From positions 207,416 to 271,415 of IMG/VR virus record IMGVR_UViG_3300042558_004148: DNA of 64,000 nucleotides; one strand, written 5' to 3'. The position numbers and the translations under genes are program-made. The notes below the pieces were generated by a model. It was not told the DNA's origin, did no database searches, and saw only the letters and a list, made by a program, of their open reading frames with translations. Each line of letters begins with the position of its first letter. Position 1 is the first letter of the stretch. The stretch comes from a virus. Below are positions 63,894-64,000 of this stretch, in pieces.

Positions 63894-64000
63894 CCCGCAA
63901 TGTGGTATTACATTTACACCATTAATAGATTCTTAATTTTAGGAAGAACATGAAGAAAAATCTATACCTATTACCAACTGATAAACCAAGCAGATTAATA

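Overview
This 64-kb window looks like an AT-rich segment of a large tailed bacteriophage genome. Genes are densely packed, mostly small and mostly on the + strand, with a few short minus-strand blocks. Many intergenic regions carry a Bacteroidota-type -7 box (TAnnTTTG, mostly TATATTTG), so a Bacteroidota host is inferred. No obvious structural or packaging genes are recognisable, so this appears to be an auxiliary/early region. Recognisable content falls into three groups. (1) An NAD+/ADP-ribose cluster at about 23.7-30.8 kb: a PRPP-synthetase-family kinase, a Macro domain, a NADAR domain, nucleoside-deoxyribosyltransferase-like folds and a nicotinamide phosphoribosyltransferase homologue. This resembles phage NAD+ reconstitution (NARP-like) anti-defence pathways. 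(2) An unusually complete translation/tRNA repair toolkit: SmpB, a short CCA-adding enzyme, a Thg1-like 3'-5' polymerase, an ATP-dependent RNA ligase and a PTH2-like peptidyl-tRNA hydrolase ORF that lacks a canonical start. (3) A cluster of five tRNA-like genes (49.2-52.3 kb) with canonical acceptor/T arms but non-canonical lengths of 66-170 nt. One has a CUA (amber-suppressor-like) anticodon loop and two share an identical 28-nt 5' half. A 690-bp GC-richer non-coding block sits among them. Other content includes a host-like galE moron bracketed by a 54-bp direct repeat, a (p)ppGpp-hydrolase-like HD protein, two tandem GT25 glycosyltransferases, a PhyH dioxygenase/methyltransferase pair, a flotillin-like protein, Fpg/Nei glycosylase, M16/M28-like peptidases, GIY-YIG and PD-(D/E)xK nucleases and an LRR protein. 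A phage-specific upstream element (TTTTTTATCCCGTA, 9 nt before the -7 box) recurs at least 15 times. All calls are from reading the sequence by eye; no database search was run. Coordinates are from the supplied ORF track where possible. Hand-derived coordinates for RNA and regulatory features may be off by a few bases.
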